The notes beneath the pieces are model-generated. The model made no database searches, had not been told where the DNA came from, and saw nothing but the letters and a program-made list of their open reading frames with translations. The translations under genes and the position numbers were made by a program. A stretch of DNA of 64,000 nt from Paraspadella gotoi (taxonomy: Eukaryota > Animalia > Chaetognatha): NCBI GenBank assembly GCA_051294375.1, contig CM119264.1:20712242-20776241 (forward strand), written 5' to 3'. Positions 24,338-38,686 of this stretch are shown piece by piece; position 1 is the first letter of the stretch; the number at the start of each line of letters is the position of its first letter.

Positions 24338-25259
24338 TTAAACTCTATGAAAGTATAAAATAAAATAAATAATTCCAAGAAAAAACATAAAAACGACTCC
24401 CCGGTTGTAAACTTGCATTCCAAAGCTGTTAAGTATCTGTTTAAAGCTATGACATATATTGTTAAATCTTTAAGCCAAACATCAAAGAAAGGGACGCGGT
24501 CAATCGGAATCAGAGTATACATTGGAGGATGCCTCTCTAATACGACCATTTAAAAAACAACTTTAAAACGCCTCATGAGTTAAAAAAAATAGTATTCTAT
24601 ACTACTTACTTTACCGCAACATTAGTCTAAGCTGAGAAATGAATCAGGACTTTTTATCTCTTAACTCTTTATAGTTATTGAATTTAAAAATGATACAAGC
24701 TCATAATCGATATCAATGATTTGTTTATTATCATTAATTCAATGTATATCTTTCTTCTTTTACTTTATTATTGCATCCTAAGTATTGAAATAAGATTTAA
24801 ATACAAAGTTTTAATTGTTTTTCTTTCTTTTATGTATTTATATTATAAAATTACTTTAGTTACTAAATTAACCGATNNNNNNNNNNNNNNNNNNNNNNNN
24901 NTTTAACCGTTAACGGTTAAAAAGACGATTTTTAACGGTTATCCGACGATTTAGAAAAATTAACGGTTAAGGAAACTCTAATTTAGCTTAGTTAGTTGTA
25001 AGATATAATGAATCTTTCTGTAATAATTCCTTTCATCGCCATAACAACCGAAGGGAGACGGCAGGAACACATTGCATATCATTCTGCCATCCCAATTTGA
25101 TTTCATCATAACAAATAAAATTAGCCCTTATTGAAAATATGGATAAATGAAGGATAAATGAACTACTGAGTAAATGACTTAATTAGTAAATTACTGGACG
25201 CATCAGTAATATATATTTAACATTATTATTATTTTGAACCTAACTCTCCAGCAACTCAC

Positions 25260-25441
25260 CCACGAGATGCGCCATAAAGTCGTTGCCGCATTTGTAGCTT
25301 CCGCTGTCGTGAAGGTCGACGTCGTGGATGCGGAGGACGAAGGTGTTGGCGACCCGTTCGAAGCGATACTTGTCCGGGGAGACCGTCTCGTCGAAAGGCT
25401 TCTCCCCGCGAGCCAGGAATTTGCTGCGGTCGGGGTCGTCG
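25260..25441 (-). CDS. Ig-superfamily gene, coding exon 2 (second half of first Ig V-type domain)
   Basis: CCCTTTTAG acceptor, G|GTGAGT donor, 182 bp; DDPDRSKFLARGEKPFDETVSPDKYRFERVANTFVLRIHDVDLHDSGSYKCGNDFMAHLV with the LxIxxVxxxDSGxYxC motif. Confidence 0.92.
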
Positions 25442-25981
25442 CTAAAAGGGAGGGGGAGAGGAGGAAGAGGAAGAGGGTATTAAGGAAATGATTAAGGAAG
25501 GGAGGATACTGAATAGTGGGGAGAGATGAGAAAATTAAAAAAAAAGAGTAAAAGTGGGGAAAAAATGAAAGAAAGGCAGATAGGGCACATGTGGGACACA
25601 GGAACGAGTAAGAAAGTGGAAAAGGGAAAGTGTTAAGGAACTAGACGTGGACAAGCGGGGGGAGAGAAAAGGAATAAATCAGAGAGCAGAACCGTCCTTT
25701 GATTTTTAATTAAAGCCTACGATTTGTTGTCTCAGGAGAGCAAGTATTACGCCGTCCAAAAAGGCGCAGTTTGAACGGGCTGTAAGGAGACAGTTTAAAC
25801 TGCGCCGTGCGCCCTCTTCCTGTTCACAAAAACTGTCTTCTTTTCCTCTGTTTTGGGGAATCCCCGCCACTATTTTTTATGGGGATTAACGTTTGAAGCC
25901 CTCTGCCTTATCCACGGTGGGGAATTCCCGCCAGAGAGAGAGAGAGAAAAAGGAACATTTGAGAGAGAAAGAGAAACAGAA

Positions 25982-26022
<41 letters not shown>

Positions 26023-26286
26023 AGAACAGAAGAAGGAGGAGAGAGAGAGAGAGACAGGAGAAGAGAGAGAGTGAGAGAGAGACAGTAAGAGAGAGAGAGC
26101 GGGCCATTTTCTCGTCCCCGTCATGAATTTGGGTGGGGACATGCCGGTTTGCATCCCTGGCGAGGCCCGCCATAAGGCGCAGTGGCGTTGAACTTATAGT
26201 AAGCTTCCCGAAACTGCGCGAAATTTAAAAGTTTAAACTGCAACAAATTGGCCCACGTAATATCTCCAGGAGAGAGGAGAAAGAGG

Positions 26287-26325
<39 letters not shown>

Positions 26326-26792
26326 ACAGAAAGGCGAACGTTTCTGAGAAAAAAAAATTAGTTTCCCTGCATTTCTTGCAACTTAACTGTACTTAAGGAT
26401 TTTGCAAGAGAAAGCAAAGGCGTTAGTTTTATTTAGTCAATCCTGTTCATTCGCTTTAGATTAAAATCGTCGAGCGAGCGAGTGACGTAACATTCTCGTT
26501 TCCACTCTCGCTCAACACAGCAGGGGCTGCGTGACTGTGGGGACTGGGGACTGGGGAGTGATGAAACGCCTCTAAACGTTTTTCAATTTTCTTTCTCTGA
26601 TCTTCTCTTACTCTTTCTTTTGTTTTCTTCTTCAAACTTTCTCTTTTTTTGACTCATTTTTCTTTTCTTCTTCTTTTTTTACGGTTCGTATTAGCGACTG
26701 TCTTTCTCTTTCAGTGATTAAAGACTCTCTTGAACTGCTTTCCCGCTTCATCCTCCTTTTATCATCTCCTCAAAAAGCTTTTTACACTTTCG

Positions 26793-26850
<58 letters not shown>

Positions 26851-28208
26851 CAATCTTTTATATTTTGATTAAGTTGTTGTTCTTTCTCTCACTCTTTAAT
26901 CTTTTCTTTGCGTCAAGAAATTTTGTCAAATTCTTTTTAGATCGAACATTATTTCCTCCTTTTTTTAGCTTCGTCATTATCTTTTTAAAATCTTTTTTTT
27001 TCTCGCCGAGTTTTTCTTTCATCTCCTCTTCCTCCATCGCGTCTCTCTGTCCCATTTTATTCTCAACGTAATTTTTCATCCATCCGGGTTTTTTCTTCGC
27101 CCCTCGGGGTTCCACCGCATTTCCCCCGGGCGCAGAAATGAAAATCCCTTACTTTCTATGGATACGTGGATCTCGCTAACAAAGAAAAAATAATGAGGAT
27201 GCAGAGATGAGAGACGAGAGAGAGAAGAAAGAGAGAGAGAGAGAGAGAAGAGAGAGAGAGAAGAGAAGAAGAAGAGAGAGAGAGATGAGAGAGAAAGAAG
27301 AGAACAGAGAGAGGAGGAGAAGAAGGAGAGGGAGACGCGAAATCGGTTTCAACGCTTGCAAAATGCAGAATATTTTTGTGCACACGAACAAAGCCATAAC
27401 TCGAGAAAACAGTTTTACGACCATTTCGTGAAATTTGAATACCAACATGACCCACTTAAGACTAACATTTGAATAATGCGGTATTTCATTACCGCGACTC
27501 GCTCAAGTTTAAAAGGGGTCGGCCTATTTTATTTTTTTCCAACCGAAGCAGAAAGAGGAGAGATTCTGAAATTTTTTTTCATGGTTCGTCGATTTCGGTT
27601 CACCCATGAATCTACCGAAATCGAATTCGAGGCTGATTATTTTGTAAAATGCCACTTTTTACATTTGACTTGTTAACAATCTTCAACCCTATGAAATATT
27701 TTTTTAAATCAGAACCGCAACCACCTTTTAGAAATCTTTTTTGTAATCGTCTCCTATTTTCTGAAAAATTCTAATATTTACTTACAAATAAACAATATGG
27801 AAATAGTATTTATCTTATGTAATTTATTTCATTTCTACTTTCAGAAAATGATCCGTTAACCTTTATTTGGTGTTTTCCTCAATCCGGATTCAGGATTCAT
27901 CCTGCCTTGTTACTTTTTCTCTGCTTTCATATCTTTCTTCCCGTTTCTTTACTACACAAACTCTACTTAATTCACATCACATTTTTATTTCTCTTTGTCT
28001 CCTTTCCCTTGCTTCCATTTTATTTTTCCCCGTATTTTTCTCATTTTTTCTTATCTCCTCATTTCCCTTTCCCTTTCCCTTCTCCTCCTCTCCACTTACG
28101 TTTCCATCCCTTTCTACCCTCTTTTCTTACTTCACTTTCCCTTTCTTTTATATCCCTTCTTCCCCTCATCCCCTTCCCTTCCTCCCTTCCTCCCTTTTCT
28201 CCTTTTAC

Positions 28209-28429
28209 CTGTGCCTGATCCACACCGCGTTGTCTCCCCCCTCAGCCTCGCATTCGAATCGAACTTCTTCCCCTTGAGTCGCGACTTTATTAATCCGAGT
28301 TTGACCCGAAAAGGCCCCCGGGGACGAAGGCTGCACCAGCAGCAGAAGAAGAGGCAGCAGCCCCAGCCGCAGTCTCGGTCGATGCGGCAGCGGCCGGGAC
28401 GGCGGTCTCGGGCAGGCGATGGCGGACAT
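28209..28429 (-). CDS. Ig-superfamily gene, coding exon 1 (signal peptide and first half of Ig domain)
   Basis: GCCAAGATG start; hydrophobic LGLLPLLLLLV; GEEVRFECEAEGGDNAVWIRH (B-strand Cys, C-strand Trp); AG|GTAAAA donor, phase 2 matching exon 2. Confidence 0.9.
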
Positions 28430-31086
28430 CTTGGCGGGGAGAGAGGAGGAAAGAAGAAAGAAGAAGAAGGAGGATGGACGAGGAAAATGAAGAAAGAAGC
28501 TAAAGCAGATAAATTGGTCGAAAAGGCCGAAAAGAAAAAAAAAAGAGAGAGAGAGAGAGAGAGAAGAGAGAGAGAAGGAGAGAGAGAGAGAGAGAGAGAG
28601 AGATGAGAGACGAGAGAGAGAGAGAGAGAGAGGAACGAACCCTTTGGGGACAAATAAGTAAGTAAAGAGGGAGGACAAGGGTAAGACAAATGGAGGAAAA
28701 AAGAAAAGTAGAGGAAGGAGGACTATCGAAGATGGCGAAGGAGAAAGTTTAAAGCTCAATGATAGGGGTCGGATTATCGGGGACGGAGAAAATTGCAAAG
28801 GAGCTGGTACAAAAGAAAAAGTTAATGAGAACAAGAGACAAAGAAAAAAAAATAGGAGTAATGCAGAGGATGGGAAAGTTCAGGAAGGTAAGAAGTCCCA
28901 TAAGCAATGAAATGACGAAGCGATGAAGACGAGGATGAGATGAGAAAAATTATCGGCGGAAGGTAAAACCTTGTGCGTGAAGATTTTAAGAATTAAAAAC
29001 TTTTTTCGATTAAAGGTTGATCATTTTTTAAATTTATAATAGAATAGTAAGTTTTTTTCCACAGAATATGGTGAGTTTTTTTGCCTCGGGTAAGCGGAGA
29101 GTGATTCTCCTGGAAAGAGTCAGGGATTCGAGGCGAAAGGAGAAAAGTCGAGCGGAGACGAAATTAATTCCACAGAATCTTCTTTCTTTTTTTCTTGCGT
29201 TTTTTTACTTTTTTTATCTTTCTTTCTGTGCTATTTTCTTTTTTTTTTTATTCCCGTCTTTCTTTTTATTATTACGACTGGAGACGAAATTATAAATAAT
29301 ATGAGTCAATGAGCGCTTTTCTGATTTCCTTCCTGGAAAAGTAGTAGATGAAATTTTTTTCGTGTATTATTATGAAAGTTTACATGCAGTTAACATTTTG
29401 AAGACAAAGTTCTGAAGATTTGCATTCATTAGCTCTCCGACTGTAAGCTGTAATTTTCTTCTCAAGTTAGTTGAATCCAAGTTGTGAGCGTTTTAATCTG
29501 AAATAAGAGTAAAATGATTTTCAATTTAGCAAACAAATTATTTTCAGCTTTCAAACAACCTCGCGGTCATAATCCCTCAGTTTGACTAATATTTTTCTGA
29601 AAATTTTAACTTAAGCCAGGTTTTTCAACGAGATGCAGTCGTAAACACAAAAAAGCGATGAACGACGAAAATAACTTGGGATTAACAAAAACACAAAGCG
29701 GATTCATTCGCACAGAACAAAACTCAAAATTTGAATGCTAATTACATTATTTCCGTTTTTAGTAAAATTTTTTTCATTTTATAGCTGTTATTTACCTCGA
29801 TATTCTCCCTAAAATAAAAATACAAATTAAATCACGACGAATGCTTTAAAGAAATTTGAATTCTGAGACATGAAGCCATTTTTGTCTTGTTTGCTTTTTG
29901 CGAGACAACAAAAAGCTTTCATAAATTTTAGTGAGATCAGTGTAAATCACTTTTGTACCTCAATCGAAATTTTGGAGCCTGAAACAGGGGACCAGAGAGA
30001 AAGCAGAACCTTCATTCCAGTTGAAGTCGCCAGAAGAAAGACAAAAATTCATCGATCATCGGCGAGGAAGTGACAACATCTTCTTCCTCCGCCTGTTATT
30101 CATTCCTTTTTCTCCTTTTTATTTTCTTTTTCCACCTCCTCCTTTTAACGTTTGTTCGTCCTTTGTATTCCTTATTTTCTTCTTCTTTTTGATTTCTCCC
30201 TTTGCAATTCTCTTCATCCTTTTTTCCCCCTTTTCCTTTTTCCTTTTCTCTCTCCGTCATCTCCCCTTTTTTCGGCTAATAATTTTTTATCGCGAGGGAT
30301 TAATTGTTCGAGGGTCGACAGTCATAATGACAGGATTTAGCGCTTGATCTTTGTACTTGGTGGCAGAACCCTCCGTCCTTTCTATGTCCGCATTTTTTTC
30401 TTATTTTATTTCCATCTTTCTTCGTCTCTATCTATTAATTCATTCATTTTCATTTGTCATCACTTAAATGAAGGTAATTCATACATCCTTCCCTAATTTT
30501 TTTTCCAAACCTCACACTCTCGCCCACCACCAAAAACCTTTAGGCAAACACCATGAAAGTCGACCGTTTTTTGCTTTTAACTCATTCCCCATCCTTCTTC
30601 TCCTTTCTTCCAAGCTCTCAAAAACGTGCGCCCTATGCCTCTCTCTCTCTTTCGCTCTCTCTCTCTGTTCTCAGGCTTTCATTCAGCCTCTATCCAAGGC
30701 AAATATTTGACTTCAGGTTCGCCAAAAAAATGGGTTTAATCCCATAAAAATAAAAAAAGAATAAAAAGTAAAAAAAAATCTGATGTTAATTTCATCAAAG
30801 AATCAGAGGCGTGGAAAGACGTCGAAAGAGAAAGAAAAAAGGGAGGAAGGAAAACAAAAGAAAAGAAAAAACCGAATTTGGAAGGAAAGGATTTGGAGGA
30901 TGGGAAAGTTAAAGAAAAAAAAGATTGAAAAGAATAAAAAGATGATCGTGAGTAATATGTCAAAATGTTGTCGGCATGGTGAGAAGAAAGAGAGAAAATT
31001 TGACGTGATGATTTGTGAAAGAGAGAAAAACAGCTTCTTATCCTCTCCTTGTGAACGAGCGGTCGGTGGAGAAAGGAAAAATAAAT

Positions 31087-31182
<96 letters not shown>

Positions 31183-31641
31183 GAGATTCAACGGGGTGGA
31201 AAACTCGGCACATATTCTTTCTCGTCAATTACCTCATTTCTTTCTACAATCGCGATTTTCCTGTTGATTTTTTTTCCCGACGTCGTCGTCGCGAGGCGTC
31301 GTAAAAAAAGTCAAATGAGAAGGAAATACGCGGAGGAAAAAAATGAGCGAAAATCTCGTCTTGAAAATGAAAGAGAAATTGAGAAACAAAGAAGGTTTTA
31401 AGAGGAAAGAAAGAAAATTAGAAACTAGGGGAGAAACGGAGGAAAAGAAGTTGGAAATGAGGAAGAAAAGATTAAAAAAAGAAAAAAAAAGAAAAAAGCA
31501 AGAGATGGGAAGGAAGGAAAAGAGACGGAGGTGACCTGGGGAACTCAAGGAGGAGAAGAGGGAGAAGTCAAGGGTTAGTTCATTTTTTACGGACTAAGTA
31601 CGAACCTAGTACGAACGTACCCATAATAGATATCAGTGATG

Positions 31642-32545
31642 CTTTCATAGTGTCGTCAGGTGTACGGCAGGGTGGTGTCTTAAGCCCTTATTTCTGGGCT
31701 TTGTATGTAAATGACTTAATAACAAGATTAAAATATTCTGGTTTTGGGTGTCATATAGGAAACTTATTCTTAGCAAGCATTTTTTATGCTGACGACATTT
31801 TGTCACAAAACAATAGCAGGTATGCAAACTCTAATAAATATCTGTGCTCAGTATTCAGAGCAGTTTTGTTTTACTTTTAGTTTTAAAAAAACAAAAGTAA
31901 TGTATTTTGGAAAACCTTACACAGACGTTGATAAAGATGTTCTTTCTCTTAACAGTAACCCTATAGAACTCGTTAATAAATGGACTTATCTTGGCTTTAA
32001 CCTGAGTAGCGACAAGGGGTCCTTATTTGAACCTAGCAAAGAACTCTCATCTTTCTATCGATCTAGTAATTGTTTAATTAATGCTTTGTATAAACCATCT
32101 GAAGAGGTTCTAATGAAATTGTTTTATACAAATTGTGTCCCTATACTACTTTATGGCTGTGAGGTAAAATCTTTTTTGGCTAGAGACATGAACAGAATTA
32201 ATGTTGCTATTAATGATGGTATCAGAAAAATATTCGCATTCAACCGATGGGAAAGCATTAGAGATCTTCGGACTTCATTTGGTTACTGTGATATTATTAC
32301 CATGTTTAACCAGCGTAAAAAGAACTTTATTTCTAAGATCTATAGTTCGAAAAATTTAGTTCTCAAAAAAATAATCGCATTCTTTAATGATTGAAATGTA
32401 TTAATTGATAATTTTGACCTTTTTGGTCTGTGGTGGTGGTTTTTACCCAATCTTTAACTTTGTTTTGTCTTTAGACTTAGCTTTGTTTTGATGCTCCTGT
32501 ATGTACTGAATCAACCTTGTTGAATTCGAAATAAAACGCATCTAA
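31642..32545 (+). mobile_element. 5'-truncated non-LTR retrotransposon (LINE) RT C-terminal fragment with one frameshift
   Basis: GVRQGGVLSP and YADDI, then a shifted frame with KTKVMYF...WTYLG...; stop at 32394; AATAAA at 32530. Clade (RTE-X/Proto2-like) is tentative. Confidence 0.9.
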
Positions 32546-33088
32546 TACAATTTTTAGTCTTTCATCAAGCAAAGTCTCCACAACGTCCTCTCTCTCTTTC
32601 CCGCCATTACAGCTAATCCCTCGTTTAGCATTATATATATAAAATGATTAGAACCAAATTAATAGTGCAATCCTCAATCAAAACATTTTATTTGTTTATA
32701 GTTTTATCTCTAGTGTTTAATAAAATAAAATAGTGTACGGAATAGCAAGATAAAAGATGCAGCGACAGTAAAACTGACCGATAATCAAAGATAGACAGAC
32801 ATAGTCTCCTAGAATATCTCAGATTAAGAGAAAGACGAGACTAAAAAGAAAAACATTAAGCGAGCCTGTGTTAAGTCGTGAAGGCCGAATTATACTGGAG
32901 AAATTCCGAAGGGAAGTTAAAATGTAGACAGACAGGAGCCCAAGTTAAAAGAGAAGAGAATGAAGACAGAAAGAAAGAAAAGAAAGAAGAGCAAAGAATA
33001 AGCTTGAGAAAGGGGAGGATGAAGAGAAAAGTAAAAACGAGTGAGGACGATAAGACTGACGAGGGTCGAAGAGCAAAAAACTTGTCTT

Positions 33089-33188
<100 letters not shown>

Positions 33189-33374
33189 AGAGTTTTTTGG
33201 CGAAGAAGATCCAACGACGTCTGCTGTGCAGAGAGAGTTGGACTGAAAAAAAACACGCCGAAACCAACAATCGAAAACCTGATAGAAAAGAGTATCGTTG
33301 AGACAATGATGTGGTGATGAGAAAAAAAGGAAGACATATTAAAAGTTAAAACACTGATAGCGAGTCAAGAAAAA

Positions 33375-33475
<101 letters not shown>

Positions 33476-34000
33476 GGAGAGACCCGTATTCCCGTTGACG
33501 TTAAAGTAGTTACTTTGACAAAGCGAATTCAAAGATTCATGAATTTAGATAAAATAACGGAAAAAAAAATAAAATACTAAACAATGTTTCAACTGTTAAG
33601 ATAAACAAAGTAAAAGGATTCGAAAAACAGAACTCGACAAAGATACGGAGACTCGAAAGAGGAAAACGTAACGAAAAAAGAGGAAACGGAAAAAAAAGAA
33701 GAGAAAATGTAGCGCGACGTCTGTAGTAAAACCGGGGGCAGAATAAACTCTCTCGGGGGAGAATCATCCGAGGGTGACTGGAACGACGACGACGATGACG
33801 ACGAAAACGAAGACGACGCTAACGATTACTATTACGACGTCGATTAAGACGACGAAAACGACCGTGAATATTTTCAACTGTTCTCCTCTTTCCCTTTTCC
33901 TCTCTAATATTCGTTCTCGATCATAATTGAAATCGAGTAAGGAGGGAAAGTTTGTTTTCAAGTTAAACCGTCCCTTTTTCTTCGATTTATCTCTCTCTCT

Positions 34001-34099
<99 letters not shown>

Positions 34100-34759
34100 G
34101 CTCCCTCTCTTTTCCCGTCCTTCTCGCTTTTTTCTCTTTCTTTTTAATCGATTTCGATTTTCCTGCTTTCCTGTTCTTAATTCCGTTCCACTATTTTCTT
34201 CCCGTTTTATTACTTTTGGCCTTTCTCTTTTTTTTTTTATTTCTTCTCTTCTATTTTTTTTCCTCCGATTCGTCTTATTTTTCCTCCGATATTTTTTTTT
34301 TCTTTTTTCTTCATCTTCCTCTTATTTCTTTCGTTTTCCGGCCTCAATCCTCTTCTCCTCTTTCCTTCTTTTTTTTTCTCTTTTCTTCCATCGAACTGTC
34401 GTACTTGGCTTCTCTCCTCGTCTTTCTTTTTCTTTCCTTCATTTCCTCCATCAATCCCCTCTCTATTCAACATTCCCCTCGTTCTTCTTCCCTCCTTCCC
34501 CTCTTTTCTTCGCGAGATCGGAAATAAAAACGTCGGACGTCAATCACGTCCTAAATTGACGCATCGAGCCTGTTTGCGCGCGGTCACACACGTTCGCACT
34601 CACTCGATCCTTGTAACACGCAGTCGCACGCGGATTTAACTTAAGGAAAAGACTGTATAAATAAGAGAATTGAAGTACAAGCGCATTTCTGAGGTAAGGT
34701 TCTGGAAATGAGGTATCTATTTATGAATTATCTCGTTTGAAATACTTTAATATCTAGTC

Positions 34760-35022
34760 GGGCATTGCCTAGGTTCACCCCACCTATAAGCATGACACCT
34801 TCAGTTGTGACCCGAGTAAAGTCATCAGCTCATGACCACTAGATACCGGGCTTAATCCCAAACCAGTATCTAACTTACGGGAAACATGAGGAGAGCCATA
34901 CACTGCCTTGGGGGCCTGGAAAACCCCCAAGCCTGGTTCCAAGCCCAGGACCCGTTCCATGGCTGCTACAGGGGTTAAAGAAGTTGAGGATAGTCATCTT
35001 CAGCCCTCTTAGCGCCATATCC
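34760..35022 (-). mobile_element. Possible tRNA-derived SINE
   Basis: Minus strand has an A-box-like TGGCGCTAAGAGG and a T-arm/B-box-like CCTGG-GCTTGGAA-CCAGG; single copy in the window. Confidence 0.35.
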
Positions 35023-35337
35023 ACAAATACAGCATTCTAACATTTCGGTGCATCTTTGTCGCGCAACCAATGATTCCCCAATTCTCCATCTGATTGAGGA
35101 GACAAACAGAAACGACGATTTATGCTAATGCCGAAGGCGAACGATATCGACAACAACAACAACAATAACAACGACTTCAATGGCGACGACGACGGAGGAG
35201 GAGTACGACCTCCGATCTCTCGCAGTAGATTAGGGAGGAACTCGGGATATCGGGAAATCGCGACGAATTGCGGCCGAGAGGGAGAAAAGGCAAATCGGGC
35301 GTGGACGGAGTGCGAGACAGAGGTGGAGAATGCAGAG

Positions 35338-35935
35338 TAGAGTGAAGTGAAAGTTTGGAATCAAAATTTAGCAGTTATATCTTGAAAACTAATATATTAG
35401 TGAATACTAATCTGTAGTTTTTTTTTTTTTTACAAATATAGTAGCCCAGTCAGCTTATTTTGTATAAAGTACTACCCTTATATAATGTCAAAATTTTAAA
35501 ATGGTTTTTTTTTAAATTCTGAGAACAGATTCAGATTCCTCGTTAAAAGTTGATAATAGAAAATATAAATCTTTTTGAAAAATTATGTTATTATGTTGGT
35601 TAAAATTATAAAAAAATATATTTTTAAACCAGAAATTAAAAATTGGTATTTTAAATATAGTTTTTTATATTTTTAACCAACTTAATGAAAGAATTTTTAA
35701 AAAAGAATTAAACTTTTCTTTTTGCAAGAAATCCAAATCTGATCTTAAAATTTAAAAAATTGCAATTTAAAATTTTAGCCTATTATATACTTAATACTAT
35801 ATATAAATATAGCTCACTGGTGCCCATCAATGTAAAGAATTAAAAAATAAATTTACCAAAGTATTTTTATTAGTTTTTATTTAAATATTTTATATGCTAA
35901 ATTTTTTAATTTTTTATCATTTTCACATCACTCTA
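35338..35935. mobile_element. hAT-type MITE family B
   Basis: TIR TAGAGTGA(A/T)GTGAAA; perfect 8-bp TSD ATGCAGAG. Confidence 0.9.
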
Positions 35936-36193
35936 ATGCAGAGGAGGAGAATTTAGAGAATTGTGGAGAACACCGGAAAAAAATTTGAGAATTGTGATTA
36001 GAATACAGAATTATATGGAATATGTGAAAAATAGTGGAAAACGATCTCTCATCCTAGAAATGAAGATAATTAAATGACTTATTTCTAATATATATACAGT
36101 TATATATATATATATAGTTATCGCGAATTTCCTTTCGTTTCGTTGTGTTTGAATTAGTAGAAGAAGTTTATTTTACAAATTACAATTTTCTAT

Positions 36194-36237
36194 GGCGCTG
36201 AAGAAGGCTTGTAATTTAAAGCCGATACATGTACGTC
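36194..36237 (+). ncRNA. Hammerhead ribozyme motif with GAAAC>GAUAC substitution
   Basis: GGCG CTGAAGA A GGCTT GTAATTTA AAGCC GATAC AT GTA CGTC; stem I GGCG/CGTC; followed by the AATAAAATCGTTGTTG tail. Confidence 0.7.
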
Positions 36238-36371
36238 CCTATGTACCAATAAAATCGTTGTTGTAAACAAATTCAAACTTCTTAGTTAAAACTTATTTCG
36301 GTCAAACAATGATTTAACATTAACTTACATGTTAGTCTGAATTTTAACCAGACTTATGATAATGAATTCAG

Positions 36372-36590
36372 TATATAAGGTGATAGACAGACGCGGGTCT
36401 ATTACCCCCTCCTTCTCATTCACCTCCTCTTCATCCTCCTCCCAGGGATTCGGGGCCGCGTTCACGAGATTCAGTTCACCTTTCTCTCTTCTCCTACTAG
36501 ACTCTCTCCCTTTTTTTACCCTCATTTTTGTCTCCGTATAGATTTTCCTTCTCGTCACTTTACTTCCGGTTAGGATACCTTTTCAGAGTG
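36372..36590 (+). repeat. Unclassified interspersed repeat; second copy at ~41078-41255 continues at ~44093-44131
   Basis: AAGGTGATAGACAGACGCGGGTC...GATTTTCCT shared; the ACTTTACTTCCGGTTAGGATA tail resumes after an insertion. Confidence 0.8.
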
Positions 36591-37074
36591 ACGCCCAATT
36601 GTGTTGCTCGAACATATAACCACGAAAAAAAAAAATTCTGTGAAACCTTTTACGTTTAATTAACCCGGAAAAGCTGTCCTGACCCAGAATGAATATTGGA
36701 GTGGAAGATAGAGTAAATGAGGGAGTGAATGATGAGTGATGAACGAGCGCGTCTTACGAAGCGGACGGGAAATTCCTTTGTGTAAAAAGGGTGAGATGGC
36801 GAAAAGTCTTTTGTTTTGCAAAAGCCTCTCTACCTCGTTTCTTCCTTTCCTTTTTTCCTCCTTTGAATTATTCCACCTCGTGATTCTAAAACTCTCTCTC
36901 TGTCCTTCATTTTCTTTCTCTCTTCGCTTTCACGATCTCCCCGCAAGGTGATAATGTATCCTTGATAACGCTGTGAGAAATAATAGGTCGAGAGATGGAC
37001 GCGAGATAGTAGGGAAGGAGATATAAATCGCTGAGCGAAAGAAATAAACTGGTTCGCTCTTCGGGGGAACATGA

Positions 37075-37128
<54 letters not shown>

Positions 37129-37188
37129 TTCTCTCCGTCAATTGAAAAAGGAGTACAAGCGTTTTCGTATTTCTCTTCACTTGTGTAG

Positions 37189-37796
37189 TAGGGTGGAGTG
37201 ATGAAAAGATTGAGCTGCCTATGAAAATATAATTAACAAATTTTAAATCATTTTAAATTTGTTTTAGCATAATGGTATAGTAAATTTAATTATTTATATA
37301 GTAATATCTTTATAAAATTGTTAAATTTCAAAATATTTTTATTTTATTTTTAAGAACAGATTTGGATTCGGCGTAAAAAACTAAGAAACTTTTATAAAAT
37401 ATGTTATATGATATTTTAATGTTTGGATTGCAATAAATGACTAAAACGTTTTAACATATATAAGTTTTTACTACAGAAAATAAAAAAATCAAAAATTTTT
37501 ACATTTTTTCCCGTTTTAAATGCTAAAGTTGACAGAATTTTTGATAACATGTTTTATATTTTTGATTAAACTTTTTATAACGAATCTGAATCTTTATTAA
37601 AAGTTTAAAAAAAATTATTTTTAAAATTTACTGTTTTATAAAAATATTATTACAAATATATTATATTTTACTATTCTGTTCCCGAGACAATATGAACAAA
37701 ATATTTTTTGTACTCGTTAATCATACTATCTCACTGCTAAATATCCTTGTTCAATCATTCAAATATTTTTTTTTTGTTCTTGAGTGCTCCACTCTA
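37189..37796. mobile_element. hAT-type MITE family C
   Basis: TIR TAG(G/A)GTGGAG; 8-bp TSD TTGTGTAG/TTGTGCAG. Confidence 0.85.
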
Positions 37797-38536
37797 TTGT
37801 GCAGGCATAGACCTCGATCTTTCGGTTGATTTCGGCTGAAATCGATTTCCACGATAGAATTCTTTTGAATTTGTTTAATTGAACAGGAAAAATATATTTT
37901 GCTAGAAATCTGTGGATCTGACAGGTGGGAAAATAAGCGTACTGTTAATCGATAAAAAAAAAAACCATACAAAACAAAAAAAAGGCGAGAGAGTTGAAAG
38001 TAGATTTTAAGAAAAGAGAGGCCTGACACCTGAAGTCAGGCGATTCTAGGCGAAAGCGATACGAGGGGAAGCGCGGCGATCCCTTAGGGATAAAATTAAT
38101 GATTGAAGTAAAACAAACCCGTCGACTCACCCGGGAGAGACGATGAAACTTTCCTCTCTCCTACACTCAATTTGAAAAAACCGAAAAAAAATAAGAAAAT
38201 CACTTTGGGTTTTATGGCCGCCGCCGTCGCTCCAAGTTTCAACTCGTCGAAACAGCTCGCGCCATTTTTCAAAAAAATGGATAAAATGGAAATCAAAGCG
38301 GAACAATGGGTAGGAAAGGGAGATAGAGAGAAGAAGTGAAGAGGGAAAAAGGGGAAAGAGGAAAGAGCTTGGGTGAAAACAAAGAGAAAAAGAAAAGGGC
38401 GGAACGATAGTTTACGGTCGTGACCGCACGGCATCGACACGGAAATCACATTACGGCAAATACCATCCACGAATGGCGAAAAATGGCAACGATGCTGGTT
38501 TATTCTCTCTTTCTTTCTTTTTTATTTTTTTTTATT

Positions 38537-38686
<150 letters not shown>

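Larger units (their letters stand above)
22703..24980 (+). mobile_element. Internally deleted hAT (Ac-like) transposon
   Basis: TIR TAGAG(A/T)TTCCTTAACCGT; perfect 8-bp TSD ATTTAGCT (22695-22702, 24981-24988); subterminal TTAACCGTTAA repeats; BED-finger start SPVWKHFEK near 23000. Confidence 0.9.

Noticed and set aside
25234-25491. Plus-strand 85-aa ORF
   Set aside because: Antisense shadow of Ig exon 2
28430-28834. N-terminal extension of the 209-aa ORF 28205-28834
   Set aside because: Low-complexity CT-repeat translation from a non-ATG start; the ATG at 28429 precedes the signal peptide
38131-38300. Possible upstream 5' UTR exon ending at CGG|GTGAGT (minus strand)
   Set aside because: Only a good donor site; nothing else supports it without RNA data
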